Shown piece after piece: positions 36,801 through 54,800 of a stretch of DNA of 64,000 nucleotides (position 1 is its first letter; every line of letters begins with the position of its first letter). This stretch comes from Eledone cirrhosa (lineage: Eukaryota), in NCBI GenBank assembly GCA_964016885.1, contig OZ024740.1, forward strand, positions 422,530,001-422,594,000, written 5' to 3'. Position numbers and translations under genes: made by a program. The notes beneath the pieces are model-generated. The model saw nothing but the letters and a program-made list of their open reading frames with translations. It had not been told where the DNA came from and ran no database searches.

Positions 36801-39800
36801 TATATTTCCACACAAGTTTACCTCACATAACATCTAATACAATATTATATATTTCCACACCAGTTTACCTCACATAACACCCAATACAACATTATATATT
36901 CCCACACCAGTTTACCTCACATAACACCCAATACAATATTATATATTTCCACACCAGTTTACCTCACATAACCCCCAATACAATATTATATATTTCCACA
37001 CCAGTTTACCTCACATAACACCCAATACAATATTATATATTTCCACACCAGTTTACCTCATATAACATCTAATACAATATTATATATTTCCACACCAATT
37101 TACCTCACATAACACCCAATACAATATTATATATTTCCACACCAGTTTACCTCACATAACACCCAATACAATATTATATATTTCCACACCAAGTTACCTA
37201 ACATAACATCCAATACAATATACATTTCCACACCAGTTTACCTCACATAACACCCAATATAATATTATATATTTCCACACCAGTTTACCTCACATAACAC
37301 CCAATACAATATTATATATTTCCACACCAGTTTACCTCACATAACATCTAATACAATATTATATATTTGCAGACCAGTTTACCTCGCATTTAATACGATA
37401 TTACATATTTCCACACAAGTTTACCTCACATAACACCCAATACAATATTATATATTTCCACACCAGTTTACCTCAATTAACACCCAATACAATATTATAT
37501 ATTTCCACACCAGTTTACCTCACATAACACCCAATACAATATTATATATTTCCACACCAGTTTACCTCACATGACATCCAATACAATATATATTTCCACA
37601 CCAGTTTAACTCACATAACATCCAATGCAATATTATATATTTCCACACCAGTTTAACTCACATAACACCCAATACAATATTATATATTTCCACACCAGTT
37701 TAGCTCACATAACATCTAATACAATATTATATATTTCCACACCAGTTTACCTCACATAACACCCAATACAACATTATATATTCCCACACCAGTTTACCTC
37801 ACATAACACCCAATACAATATTATATATTTCCACACCAGTTTACCTCACATAACCCCCAATACAATATTATATATTTCCACACCAGTTTACCTCAATTAA
37901 CACCCAATACAATATTATATATTTCCACACCAGTTTACCTCACATAACACCCAATACAATATTATATATTTCCACACCAGTTTACCTCACATAACATTTA
38001 ATATAATATATATTTCCACACCAGATTACCTCACATAACACCCAATACAATATTATATATTTCCACACCAGTTTACCTCACAACATCTAATACAATATTA
38101 TATATTTCCACACCAGTTTACCTCACATAACACCCAATACAACATTATATATTCCCACACCAGTTTACCTCAAATAACACCCAATACAATATTATATATT
38201 TCCACACCAGTTTACCTCACATAACCCCCAATACAATATTATATATTTCCTCACCAGTTTACCTCACATAACACCCAATACAATATTATATATTTCCACA
38301 CCAGTTTACCTCACATAACATCCAACACAATATTATATATTTCCACACCAGTTTACCTCACATAACATCTAATACAATATTATATATTTCCTCACCAGTT
38401 TACCTCACATAACACCCAATACAATATTTTATATTTCCACACCAGTTTACCTTACATAACATCCAATCAAATATTATAAATTTCCACACCAGTTTACCTC
38501 ACATAACATCTAGTACAATATTATATATTTCCACACCAGTTTACCTCACATAACACCCAATACAATATTATATATTTCCACACCAGTTTACCTCACATAA
38601 CACCCAATACAATATTATATATTTCCACACCAGTTTACCTCACATAACATCCAATACAATATTATATATTTCCACACCAGTTTACCTCACTAACACCCAA
38701 TACAATATTATATATTTCCACACCAGTTAACCTCACATAACATCTAATACAATATTATATATTTCCTGACCAGTTTACCTCGCATCTAATACGATATTCC
38801 ATATTTCCACACAAGTTTACCTCACATAACTCCCAATACAATATTATATATTTCCACACCAGTTTACCTCAATTAACACCAAATACAATATTATATATTT
38901 CCACACCAGTTTACCTCACATAACACCCAATACAATATTATATATTTCCACACCAGTTTACCTCAATTAACACCAAATACATTATTATATATTTCCACAC
39001 CAGTTTACCTCACATAACACCCAATACAATATTATATATTTCCACACCAGTTTAACTCACATAACACCCAATACAATATTATATATTTCCACACCAATTT
39101 AACTCACATAACATCGAATACAATATATATTTGCACACCAGTTTACCTCACATAACACCCAATACAATATTATATATTTCCACACCAGTTTACCTCACAT
39201 AACATTTAATATAATATTATATATTTCCACACCAGATTACCTCACATAACACCCAATACAATATTATATATTTCCACACCAGTTTACCTCACATAATATC
39301 TAATACAATATTATATATTTCCACACAAGTTTACCTCACAGAACATCTAATACAATATTATATATTTCCACACCAGTTTACCTCACATAACACCCAATAC
39401 AACATTATATATTCCCACACCAGTTTACCTCACATAACACCCAATACAAAATTATATATTTCCACACCAGTTTACCTCACATAACCCCCAATACAATATT
39501 ATATATTTCCACACCAGTTTACCTCACATAACACCCAATACAATATTATATAATTCCACACCAGTTTACCTCACATAACATCTAATACAATATTATATAT
39601 TTCCAGACCAGTTTACCTCGCATCTAATACGATATTACATATTTCCACACAAGTTTACCTCACATAACACCCAATACAATATTATATATTTCCACACCAG
39701 TCTACCTCACTTAACACCCAATACAATATTATATATTTCCACACCAGTTTACCTCACATAACACCCAATACAATATTATATATTCCCACACCAGTTTACC

Positions 39801-42800
39801 TCACATGACATCCAATACAATATATATTTCCACACCAGTTTAACTCACATAACATCCAATACAATATATATTTCCACACCAGTTTAGCTCACATAACATC
39901 TAATACAATATTATATATTTCCACACCAATTTACCTCACATAACACCCAATACAATATTATATATTTCCACACCAGTTTACCTCACATAACACCCAATAC
40001 AATATTATATATTTCCACACCAAGTTACCTAACATAACATCCAATACAATATTATACATTTCCACACCAGTTTACCTCACATAACACCCAATACAATATT
40101 ATATATTTCCACACCAATTTACCTCACATAACACCCAATACAATATTATATATTTCCACACCAGTTTACCTCACATAACACCCAATACAATATTATATAT
40201 TTCCACACCAAGTTACCTAACATAACATCCAATACAATATACATTTCCACACCAGTTTACCTCACATAACACCCAATATAATATTATATATTTCCACACC
40301 AGTTTACCTCACATAACACCCAATACAATATTATATATTTCCACACCAGTTTACCTCACATAACATCTAATACAATATTATATATTTGCAGACCAGTTTA
40401 CCTCGCATTTAATACGATATTACATATTTCCACACAAGTTTACCTCACATAACACCCAATACAATATTATATATTTCCACACCAGTTTACCTCAATTAAC
40501 ACCCAATACAATATTATATATTTCCACACCAGTTTACCTCACATAACACCCAATACAATATTATATATTTCCACACCAGTTTACCTCACATGACATCCAA
40601 TACAATATATATTTCCACACCAGTTTAACTCACATAACATCCAATGCAATATTATATATTTCCACACCAGTTTAACTCACATAACACCCAATACAATATT
40701 ATATATTTCCACACCAGTTTAGCTCACATAACATCTAATACAATATTATATATTTCCACACCAGTTTACCTCACATAACACCCAATACAACATTATATAT
40801 TCCCACACCAGTTTACCTCACATAACACCCAATACAATATTATATATTTCCACACCAGTTTACCTCACATAACCCCCAATACAATATTATATATTTCCAC
40901 ACCAGTTTACCTCAATTAACACCCAATACAATATTATATATTTCCACACCAGTTTACCTCACATAACACCCAATACAATATTATATATTTCCACACCAGT
41001 TTACCTCACATAACATTTAATATAATATATATTTCCACACCAGATTACCTCACATAACACCCAATACAATATTATATATTTCCACACCAGTTTACCTCAC
41101 AACATCTAATACAATATTATATATTTCCACACCAGTTTACCTCACATAACACCCAATACAACATTATATATTCCCACACCAGTTTACCTCAAATAACACC
41201 CAATACAATATTATATATTTCCACACCAGTTTACCTCACATAACCCCCAATACAATATTATATATTTCCTCACCAGTTTACCTCACATAACACCCAATAC
41301 AATATTATATATTTCCACACCAGTTTACCTCACATAACATCCAACACAATATTATATATTTCCACACCAGTTTACCTCACATAACATCTAATACAATATT
41401 ATATATTTCCTCACCAGTTTACCTCACATAACACCCAATACAATATTTTATATTTCCACACCAGTTTACCTTACATAACATCCAATCAAATATTATAAAT
41501 TTCCACACCAGTTTACCTCACATAACATCTAGTACAATATTATATATTTCCACACCAGTTTACCTCACATAACACCCAATACAATATTATATATTTCCAC
41601 ACCAGTTTACCTCACATAACACCCAATACAATATTATATATTTCCACACCAGTTTACCTCACATAACATCCAATACAATATTATATATTTCCACACCAGT
41701 TTACCTCACTAACACCCAATACAATATTATATATTTCCACACCAGTTAACCTCACATAACATCTAATACAATATTATATATTTCCTGACCAGTTTACCTC
41801 GCATCTAATACGATATTCCATATTTCCACACAAGTTTACCTCACATAACTCCCAATACAATATTATATATTTCCACACCAGTTTACCTCAATTAACACCA
41901 AATACAATATTATATATTTCCACACCAGTTTACCTCACATAACACCCAATACAATATTATATATTTCCACACCAGTTTACCTCAATTAACACCAAATACA
42001 TTATTATATATTTCCACACCAGTTTACCTCACATAACACCCAATACAATATTATATATTTCCACACCAGTTTAACTCACATAACACCCAATACAATATTA
42101 TATATTTCCACACCAATTTAACTCACATAACATCGAATACAATATATATTTGCACACCAGTTTACCTCACATAACACCCAATACAATATTATATATTTCC
42201 ACACCAGTTTACCTCACATAACATTTAATATAATATTATATATTTCCACACCAGATTACCTCACATAACACCCAATACAATATTATATATTTCCACACCA
42301 GTTTACCTCACATAATATCTAATACAATATTATATATTTCCACACAAGTTTACCTCACAGAACATCTAATACAATATTATATATTTCCACACCAGTTTAC
42401 CTCACATAACACCCAATACAACATTATATATTCCCACACCAGTTTACCTCACATAACACCCAATACAAAATTATATATTTCCACACCAGTTTACCTCACA
42501 TAACCCCCAATACAATATTATATATTTCCACACCAGTTTACCTCACATAACACCCAATACAATATTATATAATTCCACACCAGTTTACCTCACATAACAT
42601 CTAATACAATATTATATATTTCCAGACCAGTTTACCTCGCATCTAATACGATATTACATATTTCCACACAAGTTTACCTCACATAACACCCAATACAATA
42701 TTATATATTTCCACACCAGTCTACCTCACTTAACACCCAATACAATATTATATATTTCCACACCAGTTTACCTCACATAACACCCAATACAATATTATAT

Positions 42801-45800
42801 ATTCCCACACCAGTTTACCTCACATGACATCCAATACAATATATATTTCCACACCAGTTTAACTCACATAACATCCAATACAATATATATTTCCACACCA
42901 GTTTAGCTCACATAACATCTAATACAATATTATATATTTCCACACCAATTTACCTCACATAACACCCAATACAATATTATATATTTCCACACCAGTTTAC
43001 CTCACATAACACCCAATACAATATTATATATTTCCACACCAAGTTACCTAACATAACATCCAATACAATATTATACATTTCCACACCAGTTTACCTCACA
43101 TAACACCCAATACAATATTATATATTTCCACACCAGTTTACCTCAATTAACACCCAATACAATATTATATATTTCCACACCAGTTTACCTCACATAACAC
43201 CCAATACAATATTATATATTTCCACACCAGTTTACCTCACATAACATTTAATATAATATATATTTCCACACCAGATTACCTCACATAACACCCAATACAA
43301 TATTATATATTTCCACACCAGTTTACCTCACAACATCTAATACAATATTATATATTTCCACACCAGTTTACCTCACATAACACCCAATACAACATTATAT
43401 ATTCCCACACCAGTTTACCTCAAATAACACCCAATACAATATTATATATTTCCACACCAGTTTACCTCACATAACCCCCAATACAATATTATATATTTCC
43501 TCACCAGTTTACCTCACATAACACCCAATACAATATTATATATTTCCACCCCAGTTTACCTCACATAACATCCAACACAATATTATATATTTCCACACCA
43601 GTTTACCTCACATAACATCTAATACAATATTATATATTTCCTCACCAGTTTACCTCACATAACACCCAATACAATATTTTATATTTCCACACCAGTTTAC
43701 CTTACATAACATCCAATCAAATATTATAAATTTCCACACCAGTTTACCTCACATAACATCTAGTACAATATTATATATTTCCACACCAGTTTACCTCACA
43801 TAACACCCAATACAATATTATATATTTCCACACCAGTTTACCTCACATAACACCCAATACAATATTATATATTTCCACACCAGTTTACCTCACATAACAT
43901 CCAATACAATATTATATATTTCCACACCAGTTTACCTCACTAACACCCAATACAATATTATATATTTCCACACCAGTTAACCTCACATAACATCTAATAC
44001 AATATTATATATTTCCTGACCAGTTTACCTCGCATCTAATACGATATTCCATATTTCCACACAAGTTTACCTCACATAACTCCCAATACAATATTATATA
44101 TTTCCACACCAGTTTACCTCAATTAACACCAAATACAATATTATATATTTCCACACCAGTTTACCTCACATAACACCCAATACAATATTATATATTTCCA
44201 CACCAGTTTACCTCAATTAACACCAAATACATTATTATATATTTCCACACCAGTTTACCTCACATAACACCCAATACAATATTATATATTTCCACACCAG
44301 TTTAACTCACATAACACCCAATACAATATTATATATTTCCACACCAATTTAACTCACATAACATCGAATACAATATATATTTGCACACCAGTTTACCTCA
44401 CATAACACCCAATACAATATTATATATTTCCACACCAGTTTACCTCACATAACATTTAATATAATATTATATATTTCCACACCAGATTACCTCACATAAC
44501 ACCCAATACACTATTATATATTTCCACACCAGTTTACCTCACATAATATCTAATACAATATTATATATTTCCACACAAGTTTACCTCACAGAACATCTAA
44601 TACAATATTATATATTTCCACACCAGTTTACCTCACATAACACCCAGTACAACATTATATATTCCCACACCAGTTTACCTCACATAACACCCAATACAAA
44701 ATTATATATTTCCACACCAGTTTACCTCACATAACCCCCAATACAATATTATATATTTCCACACCAGTTTACCTCACATAACACCCAATACAATATTATA
44801 TAATTCCACACCAGTTTACCTCACATAACATCTAATACAATATTATATATTTCCAGACCAGTTTACCTCGCATCTAATACGATATTACATATTTCCACAC
44901 AAGTTTACCTCACATAACACCCAATACAATATTATATATTTCCACACCAGTCTACCTCACTTAACACCCAATACAATATTATATATTTCCACACCAGTTT
45001 ACCTCACATAACACCCAATACAATATTATATATTCCCACACCAGTTTACCTCACATGACATCCAATACAATATATATTTCCACACCAGTTTAACTCACAT
45101 AACATCCAATACAATATATATTTCCACACCAGTTTAGCTCACATAACATCTAATACAATATTATATATTTCCACACCAATTTACCTCACATAACACCCAA
45201 TACAATATTATATATTTCCACACCAGTTTACCTCACATAACACCCAATACAATATTATATATTTCCACACCAAGTTACCTAACATAACATCCAATACAAT
45301 ATTATACATTTCCACACCAGTTTACCTCACATAACACCCAATACAATATTATATATTTCCACACCAGTTTACCTCAATTAACACCCAATACAATATTATA
45401 TATCTCCACACCAGTTTACCTCACATAACACCCAATACAATATTATATATTTCCACACCAGTTTACCTCACATAACATTTAATATAATATATATTTCCAC
45501 ACCAGATTACCTCACATAACACCCAATACAATATTATATATTTCCACACCAGTTTACCTCACAACATCTAATACAATATTATATATTTCCACACCAGTTT
45601 ACCTCACATAACACCCAATACAACATTATATATTCCCACACCAGTTTACCTCAAATAACACCCAATACAATATTATATATTTCCACACCAGTTTACCTCA
45701 CATAACACCCAATACAATATTATATATTTCCGCACCAGTTTACCTCACATAACATCCAACACAATATTATATATTTCCACACCAGTTTACCTCACATAAC

Positions 45801-48800
45801 ATCTAATACAATATTATATATTTCCTCACCAGTTTACCTCACATAACACCCAATACAATATTTTATATTTCCACACCAGTTTACCTTACATAACATCCAA
45901 TCAAATATTATAAATTTCCACACCAGTTTACCTCACATAACATCTAGTACAATATTATATATTTCCACACCAGTTTACCTCACATAACACCCAATACAAT
46001 ATTATATATTTCCACACCAGTTTACCTCACATAACACCCAATACAATATTATATATTTCCACACCAGTTTACCTCACATAACATCCAATACAATATTATA
46101 TATTTCCACACCAGTTTACCTCACTAACACCCAATACAATATTATATATTTCCACACCAGTTAACCTCACATAACATCTAATACAATATTATATATTTCC
46201 TGACCAGTTTACCTCGCATCTAATACGATATTCCATATTTCCACACAAGCTTACCTCACATAACTCCCAATACAATATTATATATTTCCACACCAGTTTA
46301 CCTCAATTAACACCAAATACAATATTATATATTTCCACACCAGTTTACCTCACATAACACCCAATACAATATTATATATTTCCACACCAGTTTACCTCAA
46401 TTAACACCAAATACATTATTATATATTTCCACACCAGTTTACCTCACATAACACCCAATACAATATTATATATTTCCACACCAGTTTAACTCACATAACA
46501 CCCAATACAATATTATATATTTCCACACCAATTTAACTCACATAACATCGAATACAATATATATTTGCACACCAGTTTACCTCACATAACACCCAATACA
46601 ATATTATATATTTCCACACCAGTTTACCTCACATAACATTTAATATAATATTATATATTTCCACACCAGATTACCTCACATAACACCCAATACAATATTA
46701 TATATTTCCACACCAGTTTACCTCACATAATATCTAATACAATATTATATATTTCCACACAAGTTTACCTCACAGAACATCTAATACAATATTATATATT
46801 TCCACACCAGTTTACCTCACATAACACCCAATACAACATTATATATTCCCACACCAGTTTACCTCACATAACACCCAATACAAAATTATATATTTCCACA
46901 CCAGTTTACCTCACATAACCCCCAATACAATATTATATATTTCCACACCAGTTTACCTCACATAACACCCAATACAATATTATATATTTCCACACCAGTT
47001 TACCTCACATAACATCTAATACAATATTATATATTTCCAGACCAGTTTACCTCGCATCTAATACGATATTACATATTTCCACACAAGTTTACCTCACATA
47101 ACACCCAATACAATATTATATATTTCCACACCAGTCTACCTCACTTAACACCCAATACAATATTATATATTTCCACACCAGTTTACCTCACATAACACCC
47201 AATACAATATTATATATTCCCACACCAGTTTACCTCACATGACATCCAATACAATATATATTTCCACACCAGTTTAACTCACATAACATCCAATACAATA
47301 TATATTTCCACACCAGTTTAGCTCACATAACATCTAATACAATATATATATTTGCACACCAGTTTACCTCACATAACACCCAATACAATATTATATATTT
47401 CCACACCAGTTTACCTCACATAACATTTAATATAATATATATTTCCACACCAGATTATCTCACATAACACCCAATCCAATATTATATATTTCCACACCAG
47501 TTTACCTCACATCTAATACAATATTATATATTTCCACACAAGTTTACCTCACATAACATCTAATACAATATTATATATTTCCACACCAGTTTACCTCACA
47601 TAACACCCAATACAACATTATATATTCCCACACCAGTTTACCTCACATAACACCCAATACAATATTATATATTTCCACACCAGTTTACCTCACATAACCC
47701 CCAATACAATATTATATATTTCCACACCAGTTTACCTCACATAACACCCAATACAATATTATATATTTCCACACCAGTTTACCTCATATAACATCTAATA
47801 CAATATTATATATTTCCACACCAATTTACCTCACATAACACCCAATACAATATTATATATTTCCACACCAGTTTACCTCACATAACACCCAATACAATAT
47901 TATATATTTCCACACCAAGTTACCTAACATAACATCCAATACAATATACATTTCCACACCAGTTTACCTCACATAACACCCAATATAATATTATATATTT
48001 CCACACCAGTTTACCTCACATAACACCCAATACAATATTATATATTTCCACACCAGTTTACCTCACATAACATCTAATACAATATTATATATTTGCAGAC
48101 CAGTTTACCTCGCATTTAATACGATATTACATATTTCCACACAAGTTTACCTCACATAACACCCAATACAATATTATATATTTCCACACCAGTTTACCTC
48201 AATTAACACCCAATACAATATTATATATTTCCACACCAGTTTACCTCACATAACACCCAATACAATATTATATATTTCCACACCAGTTTACCTCACATGA
48301 CATCCAATACAATATATATTTCCACACCAGTTTAACTCACATAACATCCAATGCAATATTATATATTTCCACACCAGTTTAACTCACATAACACCCAATA
48401 CAATATTATATATTTCCACACCAGTTTAGCTCACATAACATCTAATACAATATTATATATTTCCACACCAGTTTACCTCACATAACACCCAATACAACAT
48501 TATATATTCCCACACCAGTTTACCTCACATAACACCCAATACAATATTATATATTTCCACACCAGTTTACCTCACATAACCCCCAATACAATATTATATA
48601 TTTCCACACCAGTTTACCTCAATTAACACCCAATACAATATTATATATTTCCACACCAGTTTACCTCACATAACACCCAATACAATATTATATATTTCCA
48701 CACCAGTTTACCTCACATAACATTTAATATAATATATATTTCCACACCAGATTACCTCACATAACACCCAATACAATATTATATATTTCCACACCAGTTT

Positions 48801-51800
48801 ACCTCACAACATCTAATACAATATTATATATTTCCACACCAGTTTACCTCACATAACACCCAATACAACATTATATATTCCCACACCAGTTTACCTCAAA
48901 TAACACCCAATACAATATTATATATTTCCACACCAGTTTACCTCACATAACCCCCAATACAATATTATATATTTCCTCACCAGTTTACCTCACATAACAC
49001 CCAATACAATATTATATATTTCCACACCAGTTTACCTCACATAACATCCAACACAATATTATATATTTCCACACCAGTTTACCTCACATAACATCTAATA
49101 CAATATTATATATTTCCTCACCAGTTTACCTCACATAACACCCAATACAATATTTTATATTTCCACACCAGTTTACCTTACATAACATCCAATCAAATAT
49201 TATAAATTTCCACACCAGTTTACCTCACATAACATCTAGTACAATATTATATATTTCCACACCAGTTTACCTCACATAACACCCAATACAATATTATATA
49301 TTTCCACACCAGTTTACCTCACATAACACCCAATACAATATTATATATTTCCACACCAGTTTACCTCACATAACATCCAATACAATATTATATATTTCCA
49401 CACCAGTTTACCTCACTAACACCCAATACAATATTATATATTTCCACACCAGTTAACCTCACATAACATCTAATACAATATTATATATTTCCTGACCAGT
49501 TTACCTCGCATCTAATACGATATTCCATATTTCCACACAAGTTTACCTCACATAACTCCCAATACAATATTATATATTTCCACACCAGTTTACCTCAATT
49601 AACACCAAATACAATATTATATATTTCCACACCAGTTTACCTCACATAACACCCAATACAATATTATATATTTCCACACCAGTTTACCTCAATTAACACC
49701 AAATACATTATTATATATTTCCACACCAGTTTACCTCACATAACACCCAATACAATATTATATATTTCCACACCAGTTTAACTCACATAACACCCAATAC
49801 AATATTATATATTTCCACACCAATTTAACTCACATAACATCGAATACAATATATATTTGCACACCAGTTTACCTCACATAACACCCAATACAATATTATA
49901 TATTTCCACACCAGTTTACCTCACATAACATTTAATATAATATTATATATTTCCACACCAGATTACCTCACATAACACCCAATACAATATTATATATTTC
50001 CACACCAGTTTACCTCACATAATATCTAATACAATATTATATATTTCCACACAAGTTTACCTCACAGAACATCTAATACAATATTATATATTTCCACACC
50101 AGTTTACCTCACATAACACCCAATACAACATTATATATTCCCACACCAGTTTACCTCACATAACACCCAATACAAAATTATATATTTCCACACCAGTTTA
50201 CCTCACATAACCCCCAATACAATATTATATATTTCCACACCAGTTTACCTCACATAACACCCAATACAATATTATATAATTCCACACCAGTTTACCTCAC
50301 ATAACATCTAATACAATATTATATATTTCCAGACCAGTTTACCTCGCATCTAATACGATATTACATATTTCCACACAAGTTTACCTCACATAACACCCAA
50401 TACAATATTATATATTTCCACACCAGTCTACCTCACTTAACACCCAATACAATATTATATATTTCCACACCAGTTTACCTCACATAACACCCAATACAAT
50501 ATTATATATTCCCACACCAGTTTACCTCACATGACATCCAATACAATATATATTTCCACACCAGTTTAACTCACATAACATCCAATACAATATATATTTC
50601 CACACCAGTTTAGCTCACATAACATCTAATACAATATTATATATTTCCACACCAATTTACCTCACATAACACCCAATACAATATTATATATTTCCACACC
50701 AGTTTACCTCACATAACACCCAATACAATATTATATATTTCCACACCAAGTTACCTAACATAACATCCAATACAATATTATACATTTCCACACCAGTTTA
50801 CCTCACATAACACCCAATACAATATTATATATTTCCACACCAGTTTACCTCAATTAACACCCAATACAATATTATATATTTCCACACCAGTTTACCTCAC
50901 ATAACACCCAATACAATATTATATATTTCCACACCAGTTTACCTCACATAACATTTAATATAATATATATTTCCACACCAGATTACCTCACACAACACCC
51001 AATACAATATTATATATTTCCACACCAGTTTACCTCACAACATCTAATACAATATTATATATTTCCACACCAGTTTACCTCACATAACACCCAATACAAC
51101 ATTATATATTCCCACACCAGTTTACCTCAAATAACACCCAATACAATATTATATATTTCCACACCAGTTTACCTCACATAACCCCCAATACAATATTATA
51201 TATTTCCTCACCAGTTTACCTCACATAACACCCAATACAATATTATATATTTCCACACCAGTTTACCTCACATAACATCCAACACAATATTATATATTTC
51301 CACACCAGTTTACCTCACATAACATCTAATACAATATTATATATTTCCTCACCAGTTTACCTCACATAACACCCAATACAATATTTTATATTTCCACACC
51401 AGTTTACCTTACATAACATCCAATCAAATATTATAAATTTCCACACCAGTTTACCTCACATAACATCTAGTACAATATTATATATTTCCACACCAGTTTA
51501 CCTCACATAACACCCAATACAATATTATATATTTCCACACCAGTTTACCTCACATAACACCCAATACAATATTATATATTTCCACACCAGTTTACCTCAC
51601 ATAACATCCAATACAATATTATATATTTCCACACCAGTTTACCTCACTAACACCCAATACAATATTATATATTTCCACACCAGTTAACCTCACATAACAT
51701 CTAATACAATATTATATATTTCCTGACCAGTTTACCTCGCATCTAATACGATATTCCATATTTCCACACAAGTTTACCTCACATAACTCCCAATACAATA

Positions 51801-54800
51801 TTATATATTTCCACACCAGTTTACCTCAATTAACACCAAATACAATATTATATATTTCCACACCAGTTTACCTCACATAACACCCAATACAATATTATAT
51901 ATTTCCACACCAGTTTACCTCAATTAACACCAAATACATTATTATATATTTCCACACCAGTTTACCTCACATAACACCCAATACAATATTATATATTTCC
52001 ACACCAGTTTAACTCACATAACACCCAATACAATATTATATATTTCCACACCAATTTAACTCACATAACATCGAATACAATATATATTTGCACACCAGTT
52101 TACCTCACATAACACCCAATACAATATTATATATTTCCACACCAGTTTACCTCACATAACATTTAATATAATATTATATATTTCCACACCAGATTACCTC
52201 ACATAACACCCAATACACTATTATATATTTCCACACCAGTTTACCTCACATAATATCTAATACAATATTATATATTTCCACACAAGTTTACCTCACAGAA
52301 CATCTAATACAATATTATATATTTCCACACCAGTTTACCTCACATAACACCCAATACAACATTATATATTCCCACACCAGTTTACCTCACATAACACCCA
52401 ATACAAAATTATATATTTCCACACCAGTTTACCTCACATAACCCCCAATACAATATTATATATTTCCACACCAGTTTACCTCACATAACACCCAATACAA
52501 TATTATATAATTCCACACCAGTTTACCTCACATAACATCTAATACAATATTATATATTTCCAGACCAGTTTACCTCGCATCTAATACGATATTACATATT
52601 TCCACACAAGTTTACCTCACATAACACCCAATACAATATTATATATTTCCACACCAGTCTACCTCACTTAACACCCACTACAATATTATATATTTCCACA
52701 CCAGTTTACCTCACATAACACCCAATACAATATTATATATTCCCACACCAGTTTACCTCACATGACATCCAATACAATATATATTTCCACACCAGTTTAA
52801 CTCACATAACATCCAATACAATATATATTTCCACACCAGTTTAGCTCACATAACATCTAATACAATATTATATATTTCCACACCAATTTACCTCACATAA
52901 CACCCAATACAATATTATATATTTCCACACCAGTTTACCTCACATAACACCCAATACAATATTATATATTTCCACACCAAGTTACCTAACATAACATCCA
53001 ATACAATATTATACATTTCCACACCAGTTTACCTCACATAACACCCAATACAATATTATATATTTCCACACCAGTTTACCTCAATTAACACCCAATACAA
53101 TATTATATATCTCCACACCAGTTTACCTCACATAACACCCAATACAATATTATATATTTCCACACCAGTTTACCTCACATGACATCCAATACAATATATA
53201 TTTCCACACCAGTTTAACTCACATAACATCCAATGCAATATTATATATTTCCACACCAGTTTACCTCACTAACACCCAATACAATATTATATATTTCCAC
53301 ACCAGTTAACCTGACATAACATCTAATACAATATTATATATTTCCTGACCAGTTTACCTCGCATCTAATACGATATTCCATATTTCCACACAAGTTTACC
53401 TCACATAACACCCAATACAATATTATATATTTCCACACCAGTTTACCTCAATTAACACCAAATACAATATTATATATTTCCACACCAGTTTACCTCACAT
53501 AACACCCAATACAATATTATATATTTCCACACCAGTTTACCTCAATTAACACCAAATACATTATTATATATTTCCACACCAGTTTACCTCACATAACACC
53601 CAATACAATATTATATATTTCCACACCAGTTTAACTCACATAACACCCAATACAATATTATATATTTCCACACCAATTTAGCTCACATAACATCGAATAC
53701 AATATATATTTGCACACCAGTTTACCTCACATAACACCCAATACAATATTATATATTTCCACACCAGTTTACCTCACATAACATTTAATATAATATTATA
53801 TATTTCCACACCAGATTACCTCACATAACACCCAATACAATATTATATATTTCCACACCAGTTTACCTCACATAATATCTAATACAATATTATATATTTC
53901 CACACAAGTTTACCTCACAGAACATCTAATACAATATTATATATTTCCACACCAGTTTACCTCACATAACACCCAATACAACATTATATATTCCGACACC
54001 AGTTTACCTCACATAACACCCAATACAAAATTATATATTTCCACACCAGTTTACCTCACATAACACCCAATACAATATTATATATTTCCACACCAGTTTA
54101 CCTCACATGACATCCAATACAATATATATTTCCACACCAGTTTAACTCACATAACATCCAATACAATATTATATATTTCCACACCAGTTTAACTCACATA
54201 ACACCCAATACAATATTATGTATTTCCACACCAGTTTACCTCACATAACACCCAATACAATATTATATATTTCCACACCAGTTAACCTCACATAACATCC
54301 AATACAATATATATTTCCACAGCAGTTTAACTCACATAACATCCAATACAATATTATATATTTCCACACCAGTTTAACTCACATAACACCCAATACAATA
54401 TTATATATTTCCACACCAGTTTACCTCACATAACACCCAATACAATATTATATATTTCCACACCAGTTAACCTCACATAACATCCAATACAATATATATT
54501 TCCACACCAGTTTAACTCACATAACATCCAATACAATATTATATATTTCCACACCAGTTTAACTCACATAACACCCAATACAATATTATATATTTCCACA
54601 CCAGTTTACCTCACATAACACCCAATACAATATTATATATTTCCACACCAATTTACCTAACATAACATCCAATACAATATTATACATTTCCACACCAGTT
54701 TACCTAACATAACACCCAGTACAATATTATATATTTCCAAACCAGTTTACCTCACATAACACCCAATACAATATTATATATTTCCACACCAGTTTACCTC